A DNA stretch of 64,000 nt from Salpingoeca rosetta (Eukaryota; Protista; Choanoflagellata), in the NCBI GenBank assembly GCA_033442325.1, contig JAWQFM010000014.1, positions 84,186 to 148,185 on the forward strand. The letters run 5' to 3'. Position numbers and translations under genes: made by a program. Shown one piece after another: positions 26,062-38,505 of the stretch (positions within the stretch are counted from its first letter, which is position 1; every line of letters begins with the position of its first letter). Below the pieces are notes generated by a model. That model worked only from the letters and a program-made list of their open reading frames with translations. It did no database searches and had not been told where the DNA came from.

Positions 26062-29000
26062 TTAGATAAACTCCTCGTCATCGAGCATATCCTCTTCCTG
26101 CTCCTCTTCATCGCCTTCATCGCCTTCCTCGCCCTCAAGCTCTTCTTCATCGTTCTCGGGGATGGCAATGATCTTGAGAATCTCCTACACAGCCGCCCCA
26201 TCAAATGCCAAGATCAGAAACCACACACAACACGCGTGAGAAGACAGTCGTTGCAGAATACAGAAAGCGACAAGAAGCGCGTGTGGGTGGGAGACGGGGG
26301 TTGACTTCAGTTGAAACATACACAACACACACACACACAACCTAACTCCAGCCGAACCTTGAGGGGATCCTTGAAGATGAGGTAGTCGCCGTCCTCTTGG
26401 TCAAGAAGGAGATCAACGAGCGAACGGACGATGCCCCAGCCGTTTTGCATGTTGATGGCAAGCTGCTTGGCAAGCTTGGCCGTGGCATGTGGCTGCACCG
26501 TCAGAATCTCGTGCTTGGTCGCAGAGTTGGGCGATGCGCGCGACACGAACCTGGCCACATTCAAACAAAGACACGAAATGACAAGGGAACAGATACAGAA
26601 CATTGACGCAGATGCATGCGTGAGTACACGTGCGAGAATGACATGCCACCTCCACACATCGCAAGGGTTTCAGGTGCAGCCACACACACACGCACACACA
26701 CACACATACACTTGCCGCGAGTACTGACCCCATCTTCAGCTCCCTGTTGCCAGCAAGCATTGCCTGCACAACCCAGCGGGAGATCTTGCACGAGTTGTCC
26801 TTCAGCGCGGCAGCCCACACAGCGCCCTTCTGCGCTCAGCAAACCCCCCCCCAACAGTCGAGCAGCGCAGTTTGGGCGGCATATCAGTCAGCATCAACCA
26901 ACACCACGAGCAGCAATTGGTCACTCTTTACCATGCTCAACACCACAAGCACTGATTCTGTACGGGCGCGCGTGTGTGAACAACGCCATCAGCAAGCCAG
27001 CCACGATGTGATCACAATTACACTTGACAAACGCAACACCTTAGACGGACCTGGCTCTCGAGCCGCGATCGCCAGCCGTTCTGGCGCAGGTCAGGGTACC
27101 ACTCGTTGATGGAGCAGAGGGAGGCAAAGTACTTGGCGGTCTTGCCCTTGACGAGCGCGTCGTGCGTGCAGCGAACAAGCATGGTGACGTCGTCCTCAAG
27201 ATCCCAGAGACGATACCGGTAGCCGACCTTGTGCCGCGCTGCGTTGGTGGGGTCTGGGTTGCCCATGGACACCGTCTCCTTAGACCAGCACTGCTCTTGG
27301 AAGTGCTGGTTGACAAAGGTGGCCTCGCGGTTGAGGTTGAGCTGGTGGTTCGGGTGGCGCGGGTCAGTCGAGAAGTGCGGGTTGGGCCCGTTCTCGTTCA
27401 CAGTCAAGTAGTCTGTTGATGGCCATCATGGACAGGGAGGCAGAGGGCGGGAAAGTCAACGTGAGCACATACACAAAAGGTCGGCAAGTAGGACAAGTGA
27501 GAGGCTGCATCGTGCAGCAATAACAGCAGAAGTGGCAGCACCACCAGCACCACCAACAGCACCAGGAACAACAACAACAACAACAGCTGCTACATTCGGC
27601 ACAGACGCGAGCGGTGACCCGCATAGTGTCAGTGAAGTGGGAAGAGCACATGGACAACAACGTACCGAGGCGGGACTTCTCGCGCTTGTCAAAGACGAGA
27701 CGCTCGCCCTCCTTGTGCACAATCACGTCCCAGGAGTAGAACGAACGGGCAGCAACCATGATTGCAGCAAGAATGTCGTCCGTGATAAAAACGGATGCGG
27801 CGTCCTTTTCCATAAACTACACGCGCGCAAGGACAAGAGAGAGGCAAGTTGGAGAGCCAATCCAGGCGTGTGGTGGGCTGAAGAGAAGAGGGAAAGGGAA
27901 GAAGGCGCATGAAGATCGGCACAACACAAGCCAGCATGAACCGCAGCACTCGCAGGCAGTCGCACACGCACCGTCTTCATGACGGGGTCTGCAGACGTTG
28001 TGAGAGCAACGTGGCGAGATGATCGTGCGGGAATGTGAAGACGCCTGAAACCGTAAGAAAACACACAAGGAGTATCGACGAGCGGGAGAGAAAGAGAGTG
28101 CGTGTGAGACGGGGATTACAAAAGCCAGGGAAGGATGTGTCCGTGATATTGCCCAGCTTCGCGCATGCGTGCAGCGCCCATTGCGCACACAACATCAACG
28201 TGGACCAGACACACACACACACAAGGAAAACAAACAAAATAATACCACACGTCACACATCACACACACACACGACTGACTTTGCGGTCTTGGGGCGAATG
28301 GTGTTGAGGCCAGGGTTGTACACGTGGACGTCGCCCGCCAAATGAAGATCCTTCGGAGGCTCGACCTCGAGGAAAGGCTTGGCCAGCTTGGAGAACTCGA
28401 GCTCGCGAATGATGTCCCAGTGCGCCTTGATCTCTGTAGAGGGGCCCAGGCTGCGGTGTTGGTAGCGCTCGCCACGCCGCTTGGCGGCCGCGTTCCACTT
28501 GGCGCGAAGCTGACGCTCCTGGCGTTGACGATCGCGCATGATGTTCTTGTTGCGGGACATGGGCTGCTGTTGTGGTGTGGGCTTCTTCTCAACACGGCGC
28601 TGTGGACGGCGCTGTGTGTGTGTGTGCGCGCGCATGGGCGACAAGGGGGTAAGCGGTGCTCAATATAAGGCACACGGCAAGCAAGGGGTGGGTGTGGGCT
28701 GGTGCGGACGTGGGTAAATAGCGGTGTTGTTGGTGTGCTCAGTGCTTGTGGTGAGGTCCGTTGAAATGAGGAAGGAAAAGATGAGCGATGAAGAGTAAGA
28801 TGAAGGAGTAAGGAGGAAAGAAATGTCGTGCTAGCATGACTCTGAATGCAATCGAGCAAACACGCAGTAAACGTGATGCCCAAACCGGCCGCAAAAAAGC
28901 GACGCGAATTACATGGGCGCGAGAGCAGTCCTAAGGGACACGCACAGGCGCGGAGGCTGGGGGCTTTCACCGTGCATACGCACGACAAAACAGGACACTT

Positions 29001-29746
29001 TGAAGTTAGGGAAGGCGAGTCTGCAAGCAGACAGCCGTGCCCCCTTTTCGAAAGCGCTGCTGTTGCTTATCGAGACAGAACGTCAAGACAGGCGCCAGAC
29101 CCACGCAGCCGACCCGCGTTTCGTTTGTCTCTCAAGGAAGCGAGTTGACCGTGTGTTGGTCTCAGTGCCGAGGGCTTTGAATGAAACAAACAAAGCAAGC
29201 GGCCATGATCGCATAAGGATCACTCAACCACACAACTCTCCTTGATTTCTTGTGTTCAAAAGGTGGTAGGAAGGAAGGAAGGGAGGAACGAGAATTGGGG
29301 GGGGGGCGAAAAAGAAGGACAATGGGGAGGGCAAAGTAAAAACAAGACACGAGAGGAGAAGGAAGCTGGGAGTGGGGATTGCCAGCAAGGCATGTGAGCT
29401 GTGTGTGTGTGTGTGTGTTAATGAGAAGTTGTCGGGTGACATGGTGGTTGAGGGACGTACGTGAATGCGACGACGGGTCGTTTGGGGCTTGGCAGTGTCC
29501 ACGAGGGTAAAGTCCTTGGTGGTCTCATGTTCGAACACAAAGCTGGAGCCTGCGGCTGCCTTTGCCGCGCGCTGTGCACGCTCCACACGCTCTAAATAAA
29601 CCCAAATGTTGCATCGAAAAAGGTGGGAGAGTGTACACGGAATGATGATGAAGTGAGTGACGGTGGTGGTGGTGGTGGTGGTGGTGGTGGTGGTGGTGTA
29701 ATGGTCACATGTGTGCGTACATGTGCGTAAATGCGCGGTCATGTGC

Positions 29747-29797
<51 letters not shown>

Positions 29798-30008
29798 ACG
29801 AAGAGAAGGAGGTGGACACNNNNNNNNNNNNNNNNNNNNNNNNNNNNNNNNNNNNNNNNNNNNNNNNNNNNNNNNNNNNNNNNNNNNNNNNNNNNNNNNN
29901 NNNNNNNNNNNNNNNNNNNCAAAGAAATCTACCCTCTTAGATGACGCCGTTGCCGCCCATCTCCCTCGTCTGTCGTGAGGAGGGATCATCTAACACGAAG
30001 TCGGCCAT
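26062..30008 (-). CDS. EIF3D: Eukaryotic translation initiation factor 3 subunit D, multi-exon, spans a gap
   Basis: FTLVDT, WDIIRELEFSKL, FITDDILAAIMVAARSFYSWDVIVHK..VFDKR, YRYRLWDL, LKDNSCKISRWVVQAMLAG, INMQNGWGIVR, GDYLIFKDP and an acidic tail. The start (MADFV at 30008) is tentative. Confidence 0.9.
28821..29245 (-). ncRNA. Candidate structured intronic RNA (H/ACA-like) in an eIF3d intron
   Basis: Non-repetitive island in an intron. A 5' hairpin (TCAAGGA/TCCTTGA, GAGTTG/CAACTC, TGTG/CACA) is followed by AGACAA (ANANNA H-box, 29130-29125). Terminal ACA+TTT at 28826-28821, with several short stems between. Confidence 0.35.
29820..29919. other. Assembly gap (100 N)
   Basis: Run of N. Confidence 1.
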
Positions 30009-30426
30009 GATTCTTGGTGGTGCTCCCACCCACCTCCTCCTCGCAGCAACTGAAGGAGAGAGGAGGGAGGGGTGACAAACAACTGTTGAGGTCTTCACTG
30101 ACGGCGGCGCGCCGACATCCGCGGCGGCGATAGCGTGCCACAGGCGGGAGACTTCCACGGAAGAGAACGCGGTCAGAAGCAAACGGCCGGCAGTTCTTCA
30201 CAATGGGAAGAGGGAGGATGACGGCTCCACACATCGTAACAAAGCCGACCACTAATCAAAAAAGCCAACCACCATGAACATCCCCGCGGCAGCCACGGCG
30301 GCAGGCAACGCCACAAAACCACCAACCAACAACAAGCAGCAAAGCGAGTACAAAGCAGCAGCAAGCAACCAAACCAACCAACCACTTTCCCGCCCGCGAA
30401 CGACGACAAGCACAGCATTGGTATGT

Positions 30427-30468
<42 letters not shown>

Positions 30469-30512
30469 TGGTGTGGGGGGTGGAAGGTGTTGGCAATGGA
30501 AGATGGACGTGG

Positions 30513-30553
<41 letters not shown>

Positions 30554-30766
30554 TGGTGTGGGGGGTGGAAGGTGTTGGCAATGGAAGATGGACGTGGCTG
30601 TGTGTGCGTGCGTGTGTGCGTGAGTGTGTGTGTGTGTGTGTGTGTACGTACGCGTACATGGGTTTGCTCTGCATGATAACCTGTGTTTGTGGGCACAACA
30701 CCCAACACGCTCAACCTGCTCCGCGCGGACAGGTTGGTGTGATCGATCGATTGCGGTTGTTTGGCC

Positions 30767-31729
30767 ATGGCAAACTCTGCTGCGTTGGTGCGCCTTCGCA
30801 AGGAGCTCAAGTCCATCCAGGCTGATGAGGTCAGGACAATAGGCGTATGCGTGTGTGTTTGTGTGTGTCTGTGTGTGTTTGTGTGTGTCTGTGTGTGTGT
30901 GTGTGTACATGTTTGTTTGTCTGTCTGTTTGTCTGTTTGTCTGTCTGTTTGTCTGCTTGTCTGTCTGTTTGTCTGTTTGTCTGTCTGTTTGTCTGTTTGT
31001 CTGCTTGTCTGTCTGTGTCTGGGTATGTGTGTGTGTGTGTTGAAACTCCTTGTGTTTTTCCTCAATGTCTGTCTTGCTTGTCTTCCTCGCATCTCTCCTG
31101 TCGGCCCGCTGTTGCACGTCGTCCACCGACTCTCTTACATACACTGTGTTCTTGTTTCACCGTGTCACATCTGCTTCATCTTTACCGTGTAGAACCCACT
31201 GTACAAGTTTATTGGGCTGGAGCAGGACAGCATGTTCCTCTGGAGCTTGTGGATCTTTGGACCTCCAGGCACAGCATTCGAAGGTGTGTGTATGTATGTA
31301 TGTGTGCATGTGTTGGTTGCATCTGTACACCCTGGTTGCCTCTCTGCATGTGTTGGTTGCATCTGTACACCCTGGTTGCCTCTCTGCATGTGTTGGTTGC
31401 ATTGGTTTCCTGTGTTTTTGATACGTCTGTGCGCGTTGTGTGCATCTCGCTAGCTATAGTTCGTGGCGGGAACTGCTTGTGCAATAAGCTCGTCGTCACA
31501 TCACCAACGCGTGTGTGTTTCATGTGGTTGTTGGCACTGCAGGCGGCGCGTTCAGGTGTTTGGTGCGGTTCCCATCCTCTTACCCAATGGACCCGCCATC
31601 ATGGCAGTTTCTCACACCCATCTTCCATCCAAACGTCTACTTTGACGGAAAGGTCAGTCGACACAACACAAGCATGATTCTGATTGCACAACCCCCACAG
31701 GTGGCTGCAACCGCACACTTTTCACATCG

Positions 31730-31813
<84 letters not shown>

Positions 31814-32012
31814 GCGCGCGCACACATTCAACTCGTGGTCCTCTGCTTGTGCACAGGTATGCGTGTCTGTGCTGCAGCAGCCAGCGCAGGCCCAGCGTTC
31901 CAACGGCTTCTGGATGCCCACCCTGGACGTGCCTGGCGTGTGCCAGAGCGTCCTCAGCCTCCTGTCCAGCCCAAACCCGCTCGATCCAGCAAACGCAGAG
32001 GCAGCAACCCTG
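30767..32012 (+). CDS. Ubiquitin-conjugating enzyme E2, Cdc34/Ube2G-like; 3' end lost near the gap
   Basis: [52 protein letters not shown]|VCVSVL (active-site Cys), [15 protein letters not shown]. Confidence 0.9.
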
Positions 32013-32037
32013 GTTGGTGCCGCCTTTTGTGTGTGAA

Positions 32038-32085
<48 letters not shown>

Positions 32086-32378
32086 TCACGATCAGAGTGC
32101 GTGTGAATGAGTGTGTGTTTTATATATGTGTGTGTTTGGGGCGGGGCCAAAAAAAAAAAAAACTGGGTTTTTTTTTTGTGTGTCTTTCGCCCGCGCCCCC
32201 CCCATGAGTGAATGACAGATGGCTGTTGTCTGTTTGTCTGTTCTGTCCTGTGTTCTGGGCCCCCCACCACTGGGGGAGGGGGAGGGAAACTGGGGCGCCA
32301 GGGGGGAGTGGGTGTGCCAAAAAAAAAAAAAAAGGGGGACGGGTTTGTTTTGTTTTTTACGAATAAAAAAAAAAAAGA

Positions 32379-32863
32379 NNNNNNNNNNNNNNNNNNNNNN
32401 NNNNNNNNNNNNNNNNNNNNNNNNNNNNNNNNNNNNNNNNNNNNNNNNNNNNNNNNNNNNNNNNNNNNNNNNNNNNNNNNNNNNNNNNNNNNNNNNNNNN
32501 NNNNNNNNNNNNNNNNNNNNNNNNNNNNNNNNNNNNNNNNNNNNNNNNNNNNNNNNNNNNNNNNNNNNNNNNNNNNNNNNNNNNNNNNNNNNNNNNNNNN
32601 NNNNNNNNNNNNNNNNNNNNNNNNNNNNNNNNNNNNNNNNNNNNNNNNNNNNNNNNNNNNNNNNNNNNNNNNNNNNNNNNNNNNNNNNNNNNNNNNNNNN
32701 NNNNNNNNNNNNNNNNNNNNNNNNNNNNNNNNNNNNNNNNNNNNNNNNNNNNNNNNNNNNNNNNNNNNNNNNNNNNNNNNNNNNNNNNNNNNNNNNNNNN
32801 NNNNNNNNNNNNNNNNNNNNNNNNNNNNNNNNNNNNNNNNNNNNNNNNNNNNNNNNNNNNNNN
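32379..32863. other. Assembly gap (485 N) with low-quality flanks
   Basis: Run of N. Homopolymer-rich read-end sequence at 32130-32378. Confidence 1.
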
Positions 32864-33076
32864 CTCTCTTCCCTCCTCCCTCCCCTCTCCCTCTCACACA
32901 AACACCTACCACCCCACGCTCATCCTTATCTAACGCCCTCCAAGCTGTAACACTAATTGCCGTAGCGCTTCTCCGTTTGCATTCCCGCATCCTGGCCCCC
33001 GTCCTCCATTCACCCTACCCCGGCTCGAAGCTTAATAACATCTAGACGTTCGGATTATTTCCCTGAGACAACGATT

Positions 33077-35324
33077 TCATGTGTATTCATTCGCTGCCCA
33101 GCAAGCTTCGGTAGCTGCGACGCTTGTCTGTGGGGGGGCGTGTGTGTGTGTGTGTGTGTGTGGGTGTGGGTGTGTGGGTATGTGTGTGTGTGGGTGGGTG
33201 TGGGTGGGTGGGTGTGTGTGTGTGTGTGTGGGTGTGTGTGGGTGTGTGTGAATGTGAATGTTTGTGTATGTTTTCTTTTGTTTTGTTTTGTGTGTGCATG
33301 TGTGTTGTGTATGTGTTTTGTGTATATGTACGTGTGCTTGTGTGTCAATGTGCATGTTGGTAATGTCCAGCAGCCCAGTCACAACGCCCGATGCAAACCA
33401 CACTGTGTAGCAAGGTGTGCCCGCCATGCATTGTAAAAACACAGCCGACACACATACCTGCTGGTGCTGTGACGACGTGTGACACACCAACGCCGCGGCA
33501 CTCACTCCATCACCAGCGCTATCACCAGCGCTATCACCACCATCACCATCCCCAGAGCTGCTCCCGTGCCGTCGCCTTGCGGGCCCTTCACACGATGGGC
33601 AAATCCATGGCCCCACCTAGATACACCAACACATGGTGGGGGAAGGTGAATACACGCGCAAGGAATACAGCAGCCAACGCCCACAGACAAGCACAGACAC
33701 GTACACATACACATACACCAACGCAGACACAGACACAATACACGTACACACGCATGTACACCAACGCAGACACAGACACAGACAAATACGCATACACATA
33801 CGCATCGACCAAAACCGATGTTCATGTACGCTACCGGCAGTGGGACGCGGTGGCCGTCAGCTGTTGTCGGAAACCAATTCCACGCGTTCTTGCACATGGA
33901 GCACACAACACGCGGTGTCACGTCTCCGTGCTGCCGCTGCTGCTCGTGCTTGAGCGTGCACGCCTCACATTTCCACGTCGTCTATGTGCACGCACGCACA
34001 CCCAACACGCAAAGGGGATGAGCACCAACACGGCCACTGTGCACCATGTCTGCACCACTCTACATCGCACCACATCACCACACCACACCACACACAGGAT
34101 CACACACTACACACCACACACCACACACAATCACACCACACCACACCACACCACACCACACCACACCACACCACACCACACCACACCACACCACACCACA
34201 CCACACCACACCACGGCATGTGTGCTGCCGTACCGCGAGGTTGTGTTGGCTGAGTGATCGACGATGTTCGCGAAGGGACCGCCGGACATGGCTCGACTCC
34301 AGGCACTCGCTGGGGCACACCGACACGCACACATGAGCAAGCAAGCGCGCAAAGAGAGGCAGCGAGGCAGTGTGGGAAGGAGGAAGATGCAGAGTGACTG
34401 TGTGTGCGTGTGCGTGTGTGCGTGTGTGTGTGCGTGTGTGCCACAACCAGACAGACAGAGGAACAGAGAGACAAACGCACGCACCAACAAATCGATATGC
34501 ATCAATCGCCAGCACGTGTGTCTACGCAACAGCGCCAGCGACCGCAATGACCGTGCACACACGCAGTCTTCACAGGGTGTTGGTGGTGGTGGTGCTCATC
34601 AGACTCACCTGCAGAGCAACTCCATGCTGACCTCTGCTTCGTCATCTTCCTCCTCCTCCTCCTCGCCGCTGTCGTTGCCGCCTACTTGTTTCTGCTGCCC
34701 CGCATTTGCGGTGTTGCTGACGAGGCGCATGCCCAAGCCATCGCCATCAACATCACCATCGTCATCACTATCACCATTACCATCACCGCCATGATCAACA
34801 CCAACGATGATGTGCTTGGCCTCCACGGTGCTGCGCTCGCCACCATCATTGTTGCTGCTGCTGCCCTTCGCTAACGCCTGAAGGCGCGGGTGCTGCATAG
34901 CCTGCTGTACAATCGCGCCTGAGCGAGGAACCCCATCGAACAGACACAGCACCATTGGCCATCATGATAGGAGTAAGCGGCAGAAGCAACAACCTCCACA
35001 TGTGCTGTTGCAGCCGTTACACCAAGCAAGCACCGCCAACCGCACACACACACACACACACACGCACCAGATGGGCGGACGATGTCCAAGTTGATGCACG
35101 CCTCGACGTCTGGGTCTGGAGGCTCCAGGGCATCAAACTGGGACTGGAGTAGCGCAGCCGGCATGAAGTGCCCTTGGCGCTGCTTCATTCGCCGCAATAT
35201 CAAGTTGAACGGGCCCTGCAAGTGCACAAACAAGACCTGCCCGCGAATGTCAGCAGCCAACACGTCCCGGTACACCTTCTTCAGCGCCGAGCACGCAACA
35301 ACGCCCGGCTTTCCTGCTGCCACC

Positions 35325-35412
<88 letters not shown>

Positions 35413-35834
35413 AACATGGGGTTGCACGTCAAGATGGAGTTGCATGCAAAGATACGACACTGAGCACGGCAGTGCACATATTGACCACACAGATACACAC
35501 ACAAACACACAAACACACACACACACACACAAACACACGCACACACGCACAAACACACACACCGCTTCATGTATTTGTTGATGTTGAGGAGCCATGGGAT
35601 ACGGTCTGCGTCTGTGAGCGGCGTGCCCGAGCGCATCTTGGCAATGTTCGATTGCGGATGGAAGCCATCGCCGTCTACCCACTCACAGCCCAGTTCCTGT
35701 GCCAGGTGCGCCGCCACAGTGGTCTTGCCACACCCAGACACACCCATCACCACCACCACCACCATAATCGTCTGTTGTTCGCCGTTTGTTGTTGTTTGTG
35801 TGCATTTCTTCTGCTGTTGCGTCATCATCATCAT
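33077..35834 (-). CDS. IDNK: Gluconokinase (GntK/IDNK) with an acidic linker and a C-terminal Cys-rich PHD-like extension
   Basis: VVMGVSGCGKTT, DGDGFHPQSNIAKMRSGTPLTDADRIPWL, VVACSALKKVYRD, RQGHFMPAALLQSQFDALE. The frame continues through downstream GT-AG exons to TGA at 33077. The kinase domain is certain; the tail exon chain is inferred. Confidence 0.8.
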
Positions 35835-35855
35835 TGTTTCGTGGCGGGTTTGGTT

Positions 35856-35927
<72 letters not shown>

Positions 35928-35950
35928 ACTCTTTGACTGGAACGAGCACG

Positions 35951-37083
35951 ATGGCTGGGGGGCGACGCACCACCCGGGGCGCTCCAGCATCGGAGGCGAC
36001 GCGCAAGACGACAGCAGGAACAACCACGCGTGGTGATGAGGCAGTCGAGGACGAGGGTGAAGAAGAGTGGCAGCACGCAGACGAAGAGGCACGGCTGGTG
36101 GCACTCCAGCAATACGACGTGCGAGACATCCCAACAACAGACAAGGAGGCTCGCGCGCAGGTGCAGGCAGGGCTGGACTTTGAAAGAGAGCAGTACCTGC
36201 CAAACACCACCAACGGACACGGGCACGGTGGTGGCCTGAGCGGTGCTGTTGGCACGGAAGACGAGGATGATGATGCTGGTGATGATGACTTTGACGATGG
36301 CTTTGATGATGACTTGGAAGAAACCGATGATGACGACGATGCTGGTGGTGGTGACAGTCACAAGCAGCAACAGAGCACGGCATCCTCCACGCCTCGGTCA
36401 AAGCAGTGCACCCACAGAGGTGCGCGTTGCCAATCTGGGCTTCGCCCGAGTTTGATCCAAGAAACCCAAGGCTATGTGAAGCACCTGACGCGCCCGCAGA
36501 AGCGCGCGTTCTGCCAAGCGATCCTCGCCAGCTGTGTGATCCCACCGCAGACGTCCAAGGCAGGAGCACGCGCCCGAGTCAAGTATCAGCTCGCAGGTAT
36601 TGTGTTGCACTCCATTGGTGTGTTTGTTCGCTTGCACAACAAACATCCCGTTGGAGAACTGCCACAACCTCACACCTCCTGTCTTTGTTTCCGTGCAACC
36701 AGGTGTGCGCTTGTGCCAGGGCTGCTTCCTCTCCGTGCTCGGTATTGGCCGAAGGTTCCTGTTTGAGGCCATCGCTGACATCAAGGAAGGACACATTGTG
36801 CCTTCGCCTCGCAAGCCCAGGCCTGAAACGCTGCGCCGCCGGAAACAGAAGAAGCAGGAGGAACCAAAGGTGCCAAAGACGCGGGAAGCCGAGGCATTTC
36901 TCGCCGGCTTCATTGATGCCTGGGGTCTTCAAACCCCATCCGGGAGAGTTTCACGCGTCCTTCTTCCCATCCACTTCACCAAGCGATATGTGTACAAGCA
37001 GTACGCCGAAGACTCAGGTGTGTATCTGCTGGTGTGTGTGTGTGTATGTGTGTGTGTGTGCGTGTGTGTGTGTGTGTGTGTGT

Positions 37084-37149
<66 letters not shown>

Positions 37150-38453
37150 CCCTTCCCTTTTTCGTTGGCTCACATGGCTGTGTGCTCACTTGCCAAGCAC
37201 AGATGACCCTATTGCAGAGAGCTCGTTCCGGCTCGTTTGGCTGCAGAACCACCCCACTGCACGCCGTGCCAAGAAGGAAACAGACGTGTGCGATACATGC
37301 ACCCTGCTTGCTAACAGCCACGACACAGAAGCCCTGTCCGATCACCTTGCTCGTGTGAAGCAGGAGCGGCACTTTATGAAGCAGCAGGTGCAACTCGCGT
37401 GCGATCAGCCTGGAACTGTCGCCGCCCTGTCGTTTGACTTTGCGGCAACGGTGCGCTTGCCCCACTTTGTCCGTCAGCGAAAGGTGAGCGGCGTCTGCAC
37501 ATTATGTATTTGCCGTGCGCCCTCCTACAGACACCACTGTCTTGTCTCGTGTCACACTCGCTCTCGCACGCTCACGCTCACACCCTGTTGTTTGTGCGAT
37601 GCAGCAATTCTACTACGAGTCTGGCTTGAAGGCGGACATCTTTGGCATTGTGTTCTTGCCAACATGTCAGCAGACCAACTACGTCATCCCAGAGACAACG
37701 GCACCAGCCAAGCGCGGGTCTGACCTGGTCATCTCGCTGCTCTTCCAGTACCTGCAGTCCATCACCCCACGCCCTCAAACCATCTACCTGACGGCCGACA
37801 ACTGCATTGGGCAGAACAAGAACAAGAACATGATGCGCTTCCTCAGCCTGTACTCCGCCCGCTACAACTGCGACGTGTACCTGCACTTCATGATCCAGGG
37901 CCACACGCGGACCTTCCACGACGGCGGCTTTGGCCACATCAAGCGTGCCATGAACCTGTACAACGTGGAATGCCCGCGCCAGCTTCGTGAGCTGGTGGAT
38001 GACTCGGCGTCCACCAACCACGCCATCGACGCTGACACGGTGCCCCAGCGCAAATACTCTGCACTGCTTCGTGCCATGGCTGCTGATGTCACTGCGCGTG
38101 TGCCGATCAGCGGCAACCACCACTTCAACTTTCGCAGCGACACCCCTGGCGTGATGTTCTACCGTGCAAGCCCTATTCACGAGTGGCAAGCTTTCCAACT
38201 GCTCGACCCAAGCAAGGTCAGAGACACGGCCAACCCGCGCACGTGGCTGACGTCTGCACCGCCTCTCCGGCGGCGTGAGATGACGGAGGCGCGCGTGAAG
38301 CAGCTCACGCACATCCGCGACGAGTACCTGAGCGACCTGCCTCAGGCGACACAGGACGACTTCTTCAACGTCGACCTGATGCGCAGCAAGCAGCAGGCCA
38401 TCACCACTCACGACCAGCGTCCACCGATCCCGTCCGTCGTGCTTCAAGCCTAA
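35951..38453 (+). mobile_element. Sola-type DDD transposase gene (4 exons, about 696 aa), no TIRs seen
   Basis: Exons 35951-36596, 36703-37017, 37203-37483 and 37605-38453 join in frame. Motifs LCQGCFLSVLGI, TDVCDTC, SFDF....LP, FYY..L..DIFGI, ADNCIGQNKN and FMIQGHTRTFHDGGFGHIKR match Sola1/Sola2-type transposases. Confidence 0.8.
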
Positions 38454-38454
38454 A

Positions 38455-38505
<51 letters not shown>

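Noticed and set aside
28955-28990. RNase MRP-like words (CGTGCATACGCACG on plus; GAAAGCCCCC on minus)
   Set aside because: The motifs lie on opposite strands and no correctly placed P4 partner (CR-V) was found.
32130-32378. Homopolymer-rich, compositionally odd segment
   Set aside because: Typical low-quality read end abutting a gap.
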